Origin: an uncultured Actinomycetota bacterium
Lineage (GTDB): Bacteria; Actinomycetota; Thermoleophilia; RBG-16-64-13
Direction of reading: 5' to 3'
Assembly: GCA_963701105.1 (NCBI GenBank)
Contig: OY969565.1
Span: 102,396-166,395 of the forward strand
DNA: 64,000 bases
In this document: positions 43,965-52,445 of the stretch, in pieces
Layout of the letters: the number at the start of each line of letters is the position of its first letter
How positions within the stretch are numbered: position 1 is the stretch's first letter
Position numbers and translations under genes: made by a program
Notes under the pieces: generated by a model
The model's input: the letters and a program-made list of their open reading frames with translations, nothing else
Databases searched by the model: none
Told to the model about the DNA's origin: nothing

Positions 43965-45931
43965 GGAAGGCCGTCCTTGTTCGGCATCTCGTCGGGCTTG
44001 TCGAAAGGCCGGAGCATCTTCTCCCGGTCGTAGAAGAGATCGCGTCGTCCTCTCTCGGCATAGTCGAAGTCAGCGGCCAAGCTCAACGTCTGAGTGGGGC
44101 ACGCGTCCTGGCAGAATCCGCAGAAGCAGCACCACTCCATCATGAAGTCGTAACGCTCTACGCGACGCTCGAACCCGGTGTCGTAGCCGGCCACGTCGAT
44201 GCAGTTGTCGGGGCACACCCGTGCGCACAGGGTGCATGCCACGCACACGTGCGTCTGGCAGCGCATGCAGCGTATGGCTTCACGGTGTCCGTCACCTTTG
44301 GGCCATCCCAGTTCCACCTGTTCACCCGTGCGGACGCGGGTACGGGGGTTCGATTCGGGCATGTGGACCCGGCGGCCACCCGGCCCAAAATGCTCGAAAT
44401 CAGGCGGGTTGGGAGCATAGGGTTGCTGTAGGTAGTACTCAGGCGGGTGTACCGGCGGGCGCCGATCTTCCGTGAGGGGCAGCCCCTGGATATGACGGTG
44501 CACGGACAGCGCCGTCTCGTGCGCTTGGCCGATGGCGATGATGATGGTGCGGGGACCGGTGGCGAGGTCGCCCGCGAGGAAGACTCCGTCGAGCGCCGTG
44601 GCTCCGGTGCTCTGGTCGCACACGGGCCGACCCAGTGCGTCGAACTCCACGCCCGATCCCTGCAGGAAACCCACGTCCAGCCTCTGGCCGACGGCGAAGA
44701 TCACACTCTGGCAGGCGATCTCCGTGACCTCATCGGAGTACTTGAGATTCCACTTGCCGCTGGCATCGAAACGCGAGGCCACCTTCCGGAGGCGTATGCC
44801 CGCCACCTTGCCCTTCTCCACGAGGATCTCGTCTGGTCCCCACTCGGACAGGAGCACGACGCCCTCCTCGATCGCGCCTGAGACCTCCACGTCCTGAGCG
44901 GGCATGCCCTCTCGATCCTCCACGTGCGCCTGCAGGGACAGGCTGGCTCCGCACCTGAGAGCACTGCGTGAGCAATCGCATCCCACATCGCCTCCGCCGA
45001 TGATCACCGCCTCCGGACCCACCTTCGGATCCTCGCCCATGCAGTAGGCGTAGAGGAAGTCGATCGCCGACCATACGCCTTCGGCCTCGTGGCCGGGTAT
45101 GGGGAGTATGCGGCCGCCCGAGTAACCGACGGCGACGACCACCGCGTCATGCTCGGCTCGGAGTCGTTCGAAGGTAATGTCGACACCCACCTTGACCCCG
45201 AACTTGAACTCGACGCCCAGTTCGGCGATGTCGGCGATCTCTCGGGCCACGACACTCCGGTCGAGACGGTACAGGGGCACGCTCGTGACCAGCAACCCCC
45301 CAGGCAGCCGTTCACGTTCATAGACGGTGACGCGGTAGCCCATCTGGACTAAGTCGTAAGCGGCAGCGATGCCGGCCGGCCCCGCGCCGATGACGGCCAC
45401 GTGCTCCTGGCGATGCACGAGGTTCTCGAGGTGTCCCGGGAAGCGCGCCTCGCGATCGTAGACTTCGTAGCAATCCCGGTGGAGTTGTCTGATGGCGATG
45501 GGGTCGTCGAGATAGGATCGACGGCACACGTCCTCGCACGGGTTGTTGCACACATAGCCGAGGACCGCGGGCAGGACGTTCCGGCGGCGCACGAGGTTAT
45601 AGGCCTCGATGTATCGCCCGGCAGCGACCAGAGCGTTCTGGCCGCGGGCGTCCACGTTGGCCGGGCAGCCGCCCTGGCACGGGGCGATCCGGCGTTGCTC
45701 GTGCAACTCGGTCATGAGGTCGTTGAATTCGAGCGGTTCGGCATCGGTCACGGGGGGCGGTTCGTCGTCCATGACGCCACGCAGACGCAGTGGTCCGCGC
45801 CAGCGGGGCGAAAGCTGCGCCGGTTCCTTCGGATACATGCGGGTGACCGGAGGGGAGACCATCTGTTTCAGGGTCTCCATGTGGCCGCGGGCCATACCCA
45901 CCCAAGGTTTCAGCAGGCTTTCCCAGCTCAC
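43961..45931 (-). CDS. nuoI: NuoI (complex I 2x[4Fe-4S] subunit) carrying an internal GltD-like NAD(P)H/FAD oxidoreductase insertion
   Basis: 656 aa from GTG 45931, which overlaps the nuoD stop. The N-terminal 50 aa, VSWESLLKPWVGMARGHMETLKQMVSPPVTRMYPKEPAQLSPRWRGPLRL, are NuoI-like. The C-terminal ~104 aa, CMRC..CVACTLCARVCP...YDFMMEWCCFCGFCQDACPTQTLSLAADFDYAERGRRDLFYDREKML, are the NuoI ferredoxin core. Between them (about nt 44297-45775) lies PCQGGCPANVD...GYVCNNPCEDVC (GltD Fe-S region), VAVIGAGPAGIAAAYDL (FAD), VIIGGGDVGCDCS (NAD(P)H) and VFLAGDLATGPRTII. Confidence 0.8.
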   Translation of the reverse strand: MSWESLLKPWVGMARGHMETLKQMVSPPVTRMYPKEPAQLSPRWRGPLRLRGVMDDEPPPVTDAEPLEFNDLMTELHEQRRIAPCQGGCPANVDARGQNALVAAGRYIEAYNLVRRRNVLPAVLGYVCNNPCEDVCRRSYLDDPIAIRQLHRDCYEVYDREARFPGHLENLVHRQEHVAVIGAGPAGIAAAYDLVQMGYRVTVYERERLPGGLLVTSVPLYRLDRSVVAREIADIAELGVEFKFGVKVGVDITFERLRAEHDAVVVAVGYSGGRILPIPGHEAEGVWSAIDFLYAYCMGEDPKVGPEAVIIGGGDVGCDCSRSALRCGASLSLQAHVEDREGMPAQDVEVSGAIEEGVVLLSEWGPDEILVEKGKVAGIRLRKVASRFDASGKWNLKYSDEVTEIACQSVIFAVGQRLDVGFLQGSGVEFDALGRPVCDQSTGATALDGVFLAGDLATGPRTIIIAIGQAHETALSVHRHIQGLPLTEDRRPPVHPPEYYLQQPYAPNPPDFEHFGPGGRRVHMPESNPRTRVRTGEQVELGWPKGDGHREAIRCMRCQTHVCVACTLCARVCPDNCIDVAGYDTGFERRVERYDFMMEWCCFCGFCQDACPTQTLSLAADFDYAERGRRDLFYDREKMLRPFDKPDEMPNKDGLP

Positions 45932-47118
45932 CTGTCCACGTCTCCCATCACCGGGTCGAGAGTCCCCACGATGTTGATGAGGTCCGACAAGGTGTATCCC
46001 ACCGCCAGGGCTGGCAGCATGGCTACGTTGTGGAACGAGGCTCCCCGCCACTTCATGCGGTAGGGCTTCGGACCCCCGTCGCTCACCAGGTAGCACCCGA
46101 TCTCTCCTCGGGGCGACTCCAGGCGGGCGTAGGCTTCCCCAGGCGCCGGTGTGGGGATGCGCGGGATGCGATCTGCCAGGAAAGGGCCTTCGGGGATATC
46201 GTCGATGGCCTGTTGAATGATCTTGGCGCTCTCGATCATCTCGTCGACACGGACTTCGGTGCGGTCGTAGACGTCGCCGGTGGTCCCCACGGGTACGTCG
46301 AAGTCGAAACGGTCGTAGATGGAGTAGGGCATGTCTTTGCGCAGATCCCAGCGGTATCCGGTGGCCCGCAGCACCGGGCCCTGCGCTCCGATGCGCAGGG
46401 CCTCCTCGGGCGTCAAGGTGCTTATGCCCTTCGAGCGCTCGTGCCAGATGTAGTTGTCGTGGAAGAGCCTGCGGTACGAGGGGAACTCGTCGATCACGGA
46501 GCGCAGCGCGCCCCTCACTCGTTCGAACCAGCCCGGAGGCGCGTCATAGATGACGCCGCCCAGCCTCATGTACACGTAGGTGAGGCGCGCTCCGCAGATC
46601 TCCTCCAAGAGACGCACCAGGCGTTCGCGGGCCTCGAAGCACCAGAGGAAGTAGGTCGGGGCGCCTGTGTCGAGACCGAGGGCTCCGATGGAGATCAGGT
46701 GACTCGCCATGCGGTTGATCTCGGCCACGATCACACGCAGATATTCTGCGCGCTCCGGAACGGTGATGCCCAGGAGACGCTCGGCCGCCAAGCAGTACAC
46801 CCAATCGTTGTGCATGGCCGCCAGATAGTCGGCAGTGCGGTCAGTGAAAGCGATGACCTGGGGATAGGTGCGGTTTTCGACGATCTTCTCCAAGGAGCGG
46901 TGCATATAGCCGATGCGTACGTCCAGGCCCGCGACCTTCTCGCCGTCGAGACGGGTGACAAGCCGCATGACGCCGTGGGTGCCCGGGTGGTGGGGGCCGA
47001 TGTTGATGAGGAAATCCTGGACGTCGTCCGCAGCCTGGGAATCCCCCTCGGGAACCGCCCTTTCGGGGATATCGGGAGGCATCTGCCGGTTGGGTCCCAT
47101 CGGGGTCTCCATAGGCAT
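45928..47118 (-). CDS. nuoD: NADH-quinone oxidoreductase subunit D
   Basis: ATG 47118 (MPMETPMG...) overlaps the frame-corrected nuoC stop. INIGPHHPGTHGVMRL, ESPRGEIGCY and C-terminal DPVMGDVDR. The NiFe-hydrogenase Cys ligands are absent, so this is NuoD-type. Confidence 0.9.
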   Translation of the reverse strand: MPMETPMGPNRQMPPDIPERAVPEGDSQAADDVQDFLINIGPHHPGTHGVMRLVTRLDGEKVAGLDVRIGYMHRSLEKIVENRTYPQVIAFTDRTADYLAAMHNDWVYCLAAERLLGITVPERAEYLRVIVAEINRMASHLISIGALGLDTGAPTYFLWCFEARERLVRLLEEICGARLTYVYMRLGGVIYDAPPGWFERVRGALRSVIDEFPSYRRLFHDNYIWHERSKGISTLTPEEALRIGAQGPVLRATGYRWDLRKDMPYSIYDRFDFDVPVGTTGDVYDRTEVRVDEMIESAKIIQQAIDDIPEGPFLADRIPRIPTPAPGEAYARLESPRGEIGCYLVSDGGPKPYRMKWRGASFHNVAMLPALAVGYTLSDLINIVGTLDPVMGDVDR

Positions 47119-47664
47119 CAGAAGTACTGGGGCCGGGATATCGCCACTCGGTCCACGTAGTCTTTCCGCAGCGGGTGCCCTTCCCAGCCGTCCGGGTTCA
47201 GGATGCGTCGCAGATCCGGATGGCCGGCAAAAGACGAGGCCGAACTGGTCGTATGTCTCCCGCTCCTCCCAATCGGCCAGCGCCCACAGATCCGTCACGG
47301 TGGCGACTTCCTCCCCGTCACGAGCCACGCGTGTGCTCAGTCGCACCTGCAGTCGGTTCTCGATGCCGTAGGCCTGCAACGTGAGCGTCAGGTGGTGGCG
47401 CCAATCCACGCAGGTGATGAAATCGAGCCGATCGATCCCCTGTTCCCGCACTATCTCCGCGGCGTGCCGATAACCTGAGAGCTGCACCCGCAGGCACACC
47501 ACGCCGTCGTCGCCGTCGTGGTAGCCGATCAGGCCCGCGCCCAACTGCGTGCGGAGGGACTCGAGCAGCCTCTCCCGGCCGGCCTGAGTGGGGGAAGGCG
47601 GGACCGTCCCTGGCGGCATGACAGTGGGGTCGCCGGCTGCGGGTGGCGTGGCTGGTCCGCTCAC
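47118..47664 (-). pseudogene. nuoC: NADH-quinone oxidoreductase subunit C with 1-nt insertion in a T4 run (plus-strand AAAA 47229-47232)
   Basis: The track shows a single 578-aa NuoC-NuoD ORF. After ...[15 protein letters not shown] it reads [19 protein letters not shown]..., which is not NuoC-like. Skipping one T gives [36 protein letters not shown], the canonical NuoC C-terminus, ending at TGA 47118-47120 and overlapping the nuoD ATG. Confidence 0.75.
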
Positions 47665-48128
47665 GTCCAGTCCACCTCCGCCTTCTCGGTGATGATGCGC
47701 TCGAGTTCAAGGATACCGTCGATGAGCGCCTCCGGGCGGGGCGGGCAGCCCGACACGTAGACGTCTACCGGCACGATCTGGTCTACGCCCTTCACCACGC
47801 TGTACCCGTCGTGGTAGTAGAGACTGCCGGCCGTGGCGCAGTTGCCCATGGCGATGACCCAGCGGGGTTCCGGCATCTGCCGGTAGACGCGTTCTACCAT
47901 GCCGGCCACCTTGTAGGTGACCGTCCCCGAGACGATGAGCAGATCCGATTGCCTTGGTGACCCACGTGGCATGACGCCGAAGCGGTCGAGGTCGTAACGA
48001 GAAGCGTTCGCAGCCATCATCTCGATGGCGCAGCAGGCGAGGCCGAACATCATCTGCCACAATGATCGAGAACGAGCCAAGGAGATGGCGTGCTGGGCCG
48101 CCCCCAAGATGACCCCGGGGGCCACCAA
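47661..48128 (-). CDS. nuoB: NADH-quinone oxidoreductase subunit B
   Basis: 155 aa. [22 protein letters not shown] and GCPPRPE (N2 cluster ligands). Stop overlaps the nuoC GTG. Confidence 0.9.
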   Translation of the reverse strand: MVAPGVILGAAQHAISLARSRSLWQMMFGLACCAIEMMAANASRYDLDRFGVMPRGSPRQSDLLIVSGTVTYKVAGMVERVYRQMPEPRWVIAMGNCATAGSLYYHDGYSVVKGVDQIVPVDVYVSGCPPRPEALIDGILELERIITEKAEVDWT

Positions 48129-48418
48129 GAGCGGGCCGAACTCCCGATGCTCGGGTCGATCGAGCGGGACCAGGACCCCCCGGTCGATCCAGGGACGGGC
48201 GGGTATAGAGGGCGGACCGGTGCTGTTGGATTCTGCTATGTTGCCAACCTCCGTGGGCCGGGAGTCGTCTCGGGGCCGCGTTCGACCTCCGCAGGGTGCA
48301 GTGCCCGTTCAGGGCGCGGACGAAACCCGGGCCCTGCGGCCGTGACGTTGATTATGCCGTCGGCCATCAGGGTAAGCAACCCATGGTCGTCGAAGCGGGG
48401 AGGGTGGTATTGGCCGGG

Positions 48419-48778
48419 ATGTATCTTTCGGACGTGGTGTTCTTGCTGGGGTTCGCCCTTGCCGTTGTCTCCCTTCCAATACTGACACTCGCCTTTTTCA
48501 GCCTCCTCCGCCCGCGCCACGCCGAGTCGTTGAAGGGTGAGGCCTACGAGTCGGGTATGCCCCAGGCGAGCATCCCGCGCCGCCCCTTCCACATGGCCTA
48601 CTACAACTTCTCACTGGTCTTCATCGTGTTCGAGGTCGAGACGTTGCTGATCTTCGCCATCGCCCCGGTCCTGCGCGACGCGGGCTGGTGGGGACTGGCC
48701 GAAGTAGCGGTGTTCGTCGTCATGGTGACTCTCGGCCTTGCCTACGCCTGGCGTAAAGGAGCTCTGGTCTGGAAGTGA
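48419..48778 (+). CDS. nuoA: NADH-quinone oxidoreductase subunit A
   Basis: MYLSDVVFLLGFALAVVSLPILT...YESGMP...FIVFEVETLLIF...WRKGALVW. Start ATG 48419, or GTG 48404. Transcribed divergently from nuoB. Confidence 0.85.
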   Translation: MYLSDVVFLLGFALAVVSLPILTLAFFSLLRPRHAESLKGEAYESGMPQASIPRRPFHMAYYNFSLVFIVFEVETLLIFAIAPVLRDAGWWGLAEVAVFVVMVTLGLAYAWRKGALVWK

Positions 48779-49737
48779 GTCATCTGCTCACCTTCGCGCT
48801 CGGCCTTCTGCTGGGAGTGGTCGCATTCACCATCGTGGGCGCCCTGACTGCGATCTTGGTGCTCACAGAACGCAAGGTGGGCGCACGCATCCAGGGCCGC
48901 GTGGGACCCATGCACACCGGCCCGCAGGGTTCGCTGCAGACCATCGCCGACATGGTCAAACTGGTGATGAAGGAGGATGTGCGCCCGGCGCGGGCAGATG
49001 CCGTGGCGTTCAGAGTGGGCCCGTTGCTGGTGGCGGTGCCTGCCATCCTGTCCCTGGCCGTCATCCCCTTCGGCGGCCCCCTCATCATGCGCGACCTGAA
49101 CGTCGGCGTGCTCTACTTCCTCGCCGTTCCGGGAGTCACGGTGGTGGGCCTCCTTCTCGCCGGGTGGGCGAGCTACGACAACTACTCGTTCCTCGGCGGC
49201 CTGCGTTCATCGGCACAGTTCATCAGCTACGAGATCCCCCGCGGCCTGGCCGTAGTCACCGTGGTGATGCTGGCGGGCTCTTTGAGTACGGTCGACCTTC
49301 TGGAGGCTCAGAGCCGTGTCCCCTACATCCTGCTGCTGCCGCTCAGTTTCCTCATATACGCGATCACGTCGCTGGCGGAGGTCAACCGGATCCCGTTCGA
49401 CATCCCCGAGGCCGAATCCGAGTTGGTGGCCGGCTACCACACCGAATACTCGGGGTTCCGCTGGGCCCTCTTCTTCCTGGCCGAGTATGCCGGACTGTTC
49501 GCCGCCTCGGCCTTCGGCGCCTTGCTGTTCTTCGGCGGCGGGAACGGCCCGCTGCTGCCTCCGGTGGTCTGGCTCCTCCTCAAGACGTCCGCGCTCATGT
49601 TCGTGGGCATCTGGATCCGTTTCACACTCCCTCGATTCCGCGCTGATCAACTCATGAGGCTGGCTTGGAAGTTCTTTCTTCCGCTTTCGCTCGTGAACCT
49701 CGTGATCGCCGCCCTCGTGATGAAGGCAGTGGCGTGA
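48775..49737 (+). CDS. nuoH: NADH-quinone oxidoreductase subunit H
   Basis: 320 aa. LTERKVGARIQGRVGP, GSLQTIADMVKL and EAESELVAGYHTEYSG. Confidence 0.95.
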   Translation: MSHLLTFALGLLLGVVAFTIVGALTAILVLTERKVGARIQGRVGPMHTGPQGSLQTIADMVKLVMKEDVRPARADAVAFRVGPLLVAVPAILSLAVIPFGGPLIMRDLNVGVLYFLAVPGVTVVGLLLAGWASYDNYSFLGGLRSSAQFISYEIPRGLAVVTVVMLAGSLSTVDLLEAQSRVPYILLLPLSFLIYAITSLAEVNRIPFDIPEAESELVAGYHTEYSGFRWALFFLAEYAGLFAASAFGALLFFGGGNGPLLPPVVWLLLKTSALMFVGIWIRFTLPRFRADQLMRLAWKFFLPLSLVNLVIAALVMKAVA

Positions 49738-50225
49738 GTCTCCAGGACTCGCTCTTCGTCGGCTTCGGGCTGATCGCGGTGGCCGGGGCGCTGTACGCCG
49801 TGCTCACGCGTTCTTTGCTGCGCGCCATCGTGGCCCTCGGTGCTTTCCTCACGGCCGTGGCCGGGGAGTTCTACCTGCTGTCCGCCGACTTCGTCGCCGT
49901 CGTGCAGATCTTCGTGTACGTGGGAGGCGTGCTGGTCCTCATGCTGTTCGCGCTGATGCTCTCCGCTTCCGGAGTGCGTCATCCTCTTGCCGCCATCGAT
50001 CGCCCGGGGCTGGGGGCCGTACTCGCGTACGTCATCGGTGGCGGGCTGGTGTGGGCCTCGTTGACCGCCGGCACCTTCGTGCCGGCCGAGTTGCCCGAGG
50101 ATGCGGTGGGCGCCCTGGGGCGGGCCCTGCTGGGAGCGCAACTCGGCCCCTTCGAACTCATAGGCGTGATACTCCTCGCCTCGGTCATCGCCGCGCTCTC
50201 GATCGCGCGCAGGGAGCAGCCATGA
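49734..50225 (+). CDS. nuoJ: NADH-quinone oxidoreductase subunit J
   Basis: GTG 49734 overlaps the nuoH stop. FVAVVQIFVYVGGVLVLMLF. Confidence 0.85.
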   Translation: MSLQDSLFVGFGLIAVAGALYAVLTRSLLRAIVALGAFLTAVAGEFYLLSADFVAVVQIFVYVGGVLVLMLFALMLSASGVRHPLAAIDRPGLGAVLAYVIGGGLVWASLTAGTFVPAELPEDAVGALGRALLGAQLGPFELIGVILLASVIAALSIARREQP

Positions 50226-50524
50226 CCACCGCGGCCCTGGTGCTCTCCTCCGTACTCTTTGCCGTCGGGGTGTTCGGCGTGCTGACGCGCAGGAACGCCA
50301 TAACCCTGCTGGTGTCGGTGGAGATCATGATGAACGCCGCGAACATCAATTTCGTGGCGTTCTCGCGCGTCCACGAACCCGCGGCGATGACCGGGCAGGT
50401 CTTCGCGCTGCTCGGTATAGGCATCGCCGCCTGCGAGGCCGCCGTGGGGTTGGCCTTGATCTTGGCGGTGCGCCGCCGCTTCGGCGGCACCGACGTCCAT
50501 TCCATCGATCTGTTGAAGGGCTGA
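50222..50524 (+). CDS. nuoK: NADH-quinone oxidoreductase subunit K
   Basis: 100 aa. ATG 50222 overlaps the nuoJ stop. LLVSVEIMMNAANINFV and AACEAAVGLAL. Confidence 0.9.
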   Translation: MTTAALVLSSVLFAVGVFGVLTRRNAITLLVSVEIMMNAANINFVAFSRVHEPAAMTGQVFALLGIGIAACEAAVGLALILAVRRRFGGTDVHSIDLLKG

Positions 50525-50528
50525 CCGG

Positions 50529-52445
50529 GTGTCCGCCGTGCTCGTAGCCGTCTTCGCCGTTCCCCTGCTCGTGTGCCTGGCCCTGTTCGTGGGAGCGGCG
50601 GTCGCGTCCCGTCGGGGAGAGGGCCCCACACGCGAGTGGGGTCGCCTGGCCGGATGGATATCGTCCGCCGGCGCGCTCACCGCTCTCATCCTGGCGGTCA
50701 TCGCGTTCCTCTCCTACCGCGCGGGCACCGACGTATCGGTGAGCGCCGTATGGTTCCACGTGGGAGATCTGGAGGTACCGTTCAGCCTTAGACTCGACGG
50801 TCTGCAGGCGGTCATGGCCGTGGTGGTGGCCGCGGTCGCCTTCCTCGTGCACCTCTACTCCGTGGGATACATGCACGGCGACCGCGACGTCTCCGTGTAC
50901 TTCGCGGAGTTGTCCTTGTTCACAGCGGCCATGCTGCTCCTGGTGCTCTCGTCCAACTTCTTCTTGCTCTACCTGGCCTGGGAACTCGTCGGCGCGAGTT
51001 CCTACCTGCTGATCTCCTTCTACTTCGAGCGCCCGGCGGCCGCCGCCGCGGGCAAGAAGGCCTTTCTCACTACCAGGATCGGCGATCTGGGCCTGCTCAT
51101 CGCTCTGTTTTCCATCGTGTGGCAGACGGGCTCGCTGGACTACGACACGGTGTTCGCCTGGGCCGCGACTCCCGGCTTCCAGGGCGCGTGGGCGGTGGCC
51201 ATCCCCTTGTTGGTGTTCGCCGGTGCCGTGGGCAAGTCGGCGCAGTTCCCGCTGCACGTGTGGCTCCCGGACGCCATGGAGGGTCCCACGCCGGTCTCGG
51301 CCCTCATCCACGCCGCTACCATGGTGGCGGCCGGCGTGTATCTGGTGGCCCGAGCCTACCCTCTGTTCGAAGCGGCCCCCGCAGCCCTCGATGTGGTCGC
51401 CTACATAGGCGCCTTCACGGCGCTGATGTCGGCGACGGTGGCCGTCACCCAGAGCGACATCAAGAAGGTGCTCGCGTACTCCACCATCAGTCAACTGGGT
51501 TTCATGATGGCGGCGCTGGGCGCAGGCGCTCCGGAAGCGGGGGTCTTTCACCTCTTCACGCACGCGTGGTTCAAGGCCCTCCTGTTCCTGGGCGCGGGCA
51601 GCGTCATACACGCCACCGGGAGGCAGACGGTGCAGGAATTGGGGGGACTGGTGAGGACCATGCCGGTGACCGCGTGGACCTTTGCGGTGGGCGGCCTGGC
51701 CCTCGCCGGCATCCCGCCCTTCGCCGGCTTCTGGAGCAAGGAAGAGGTGCTCGGGTCGTTACTCGCACATCAGCCGGTGCTCGCCGTGGCCCTGCTGCTG
51801 GCGAGCTTCCTCACCGCCGTCTATATCGGGCGGCTGTTCCTCCTTGTGTTCTTGGGCCGGCCCCGTCTCGCGGATGACGCCCGCGCGAGGGGGCATGAGT
51901 CACCCTGGGTCATGACCGTGCCGCTGCTGGTGTTGGCCACGGCCTCGCTGGTCTCCGGCTTCTTCGGAGCCGGCTTCCTCGGGCAGCGCCTACAACACTT
52001 CCTCTCCATCGGGGCGGCCGGGGCCGAGGCTCAGGGCACCCCCGTGTGGTTCACAGCCCTGGCCATCACCGTGGGGTTCGCCGGTCTCGCCGCGGCGTGG
52101 CTCGGCTACGGGCGGTCCCCGGAGCGAGCGGGCGATGCCCTCGGTTTCGACATCCAACTGCGGGAGACACTGGGTCGCGCATACGGTGTCGTCGAGCGTG
52201 CCTACCTGGTGAACGAGTTCTACGGGCGGACGGTGGTGGGTCCGTTGGTGGCCGCGGGCCGTTTCCTGTGGTCGGGAGTCGACGGCCGGGTGATAGACCG
52301 CGCCGTCGACGGTCTGGCGCGCGTCATTCCCGGCCTCGGCGGCCTCGTCCGCCGCGTGCAGTCGGGTGAGGTCCGGGATTACCTCGCGGCGGTGGCTCTC
52401 GGCGTGATCCTGCTGGTGGCCCTGGCTCTGGGAGGGCTGAGGTGA
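50529..52445 (+). CDS. nuoL: NADH-quinone oxidoreductase subunit L
   Basis: 638 aa. WELVGASSYLLISF, GKSAQFPLHVWLPDAMEGPTPVSALIHAATMV, and a C-terminal lateral-helix region. Confidence 0.9.
   Translation: MSAVLVAVFAVPLLVCLALFVGAAVASRRGEGPTREWGRLAGWISSAGALTALILAVIAFLSYRAGTDVSVSAVWFHVGDLEVPFSLRLDGLQAVMAVVVAAVAFLVHLYSVGYMHGDRDVSVYFAELSLFTAAMLLLVLSSNFFLLYLAWELVGASSYLLISFYFERPAAAAAGKKAFLTTRIGDLGLLIALFSIVWQTGSLDYDTVFAWAATPGFQGAWAVAIPLLVFAGAVGKSAQFPLHVWLPDAMEGPTPVSALIHAATMVAAGVYLVARAYPLFEAAPAALDVVAYIGAFTALMSATVAVTQSDIKKVLAYSTISQLGFMMAALGAGAPEAGVFHLFTHAWFKALLFLGAGSVIHATGRQTVQELGGLVRTMPVTAWTFAVGGLALAGIPPFAGFWSKEEVLGSLLAHQPVLAVALLLASFLTAVYIGRLFLLVFLGRPRLADDARARGHESPWVMTVPLLVLATASLVSGFFGAGFLGQRLQHFLSIGAAGAEAQGTPVWFTALAITVGFAGLAAAWLGYGRSPERAGDALGFDIQLRETLGRAYGVVERAYLVNEFYGRTVVGPLVAAGRFLWSGVDGRVIDRAVDGLARVIPGLGGLVRRVQSGEVRDYLAAVALGVILLVALALGGLR

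Noticed and set aside
45928-47664. Natural NuoC-NuoD fusion protein (as in E. coli NuoCD)
   Set aside because: The linker segment is out-of-frame NuoC sequence. The canonical NuoC C-terminus and a stop overlapping the nuoD ATG are readable after removing one T at 47229-47232.
43961-48128. Interpretation of the NuoB/C/D/I arm as an energy-converting [NiFe] hydrogenase (Ech/Mbh-type)
   Set aside because: The NuoD homolog lacks the N- and C-terminal CxxC Ni-Fe ligands (C-terminus DPVMGDVDR). The partner arm has full NuoA/H/J/K/L/N subunits.
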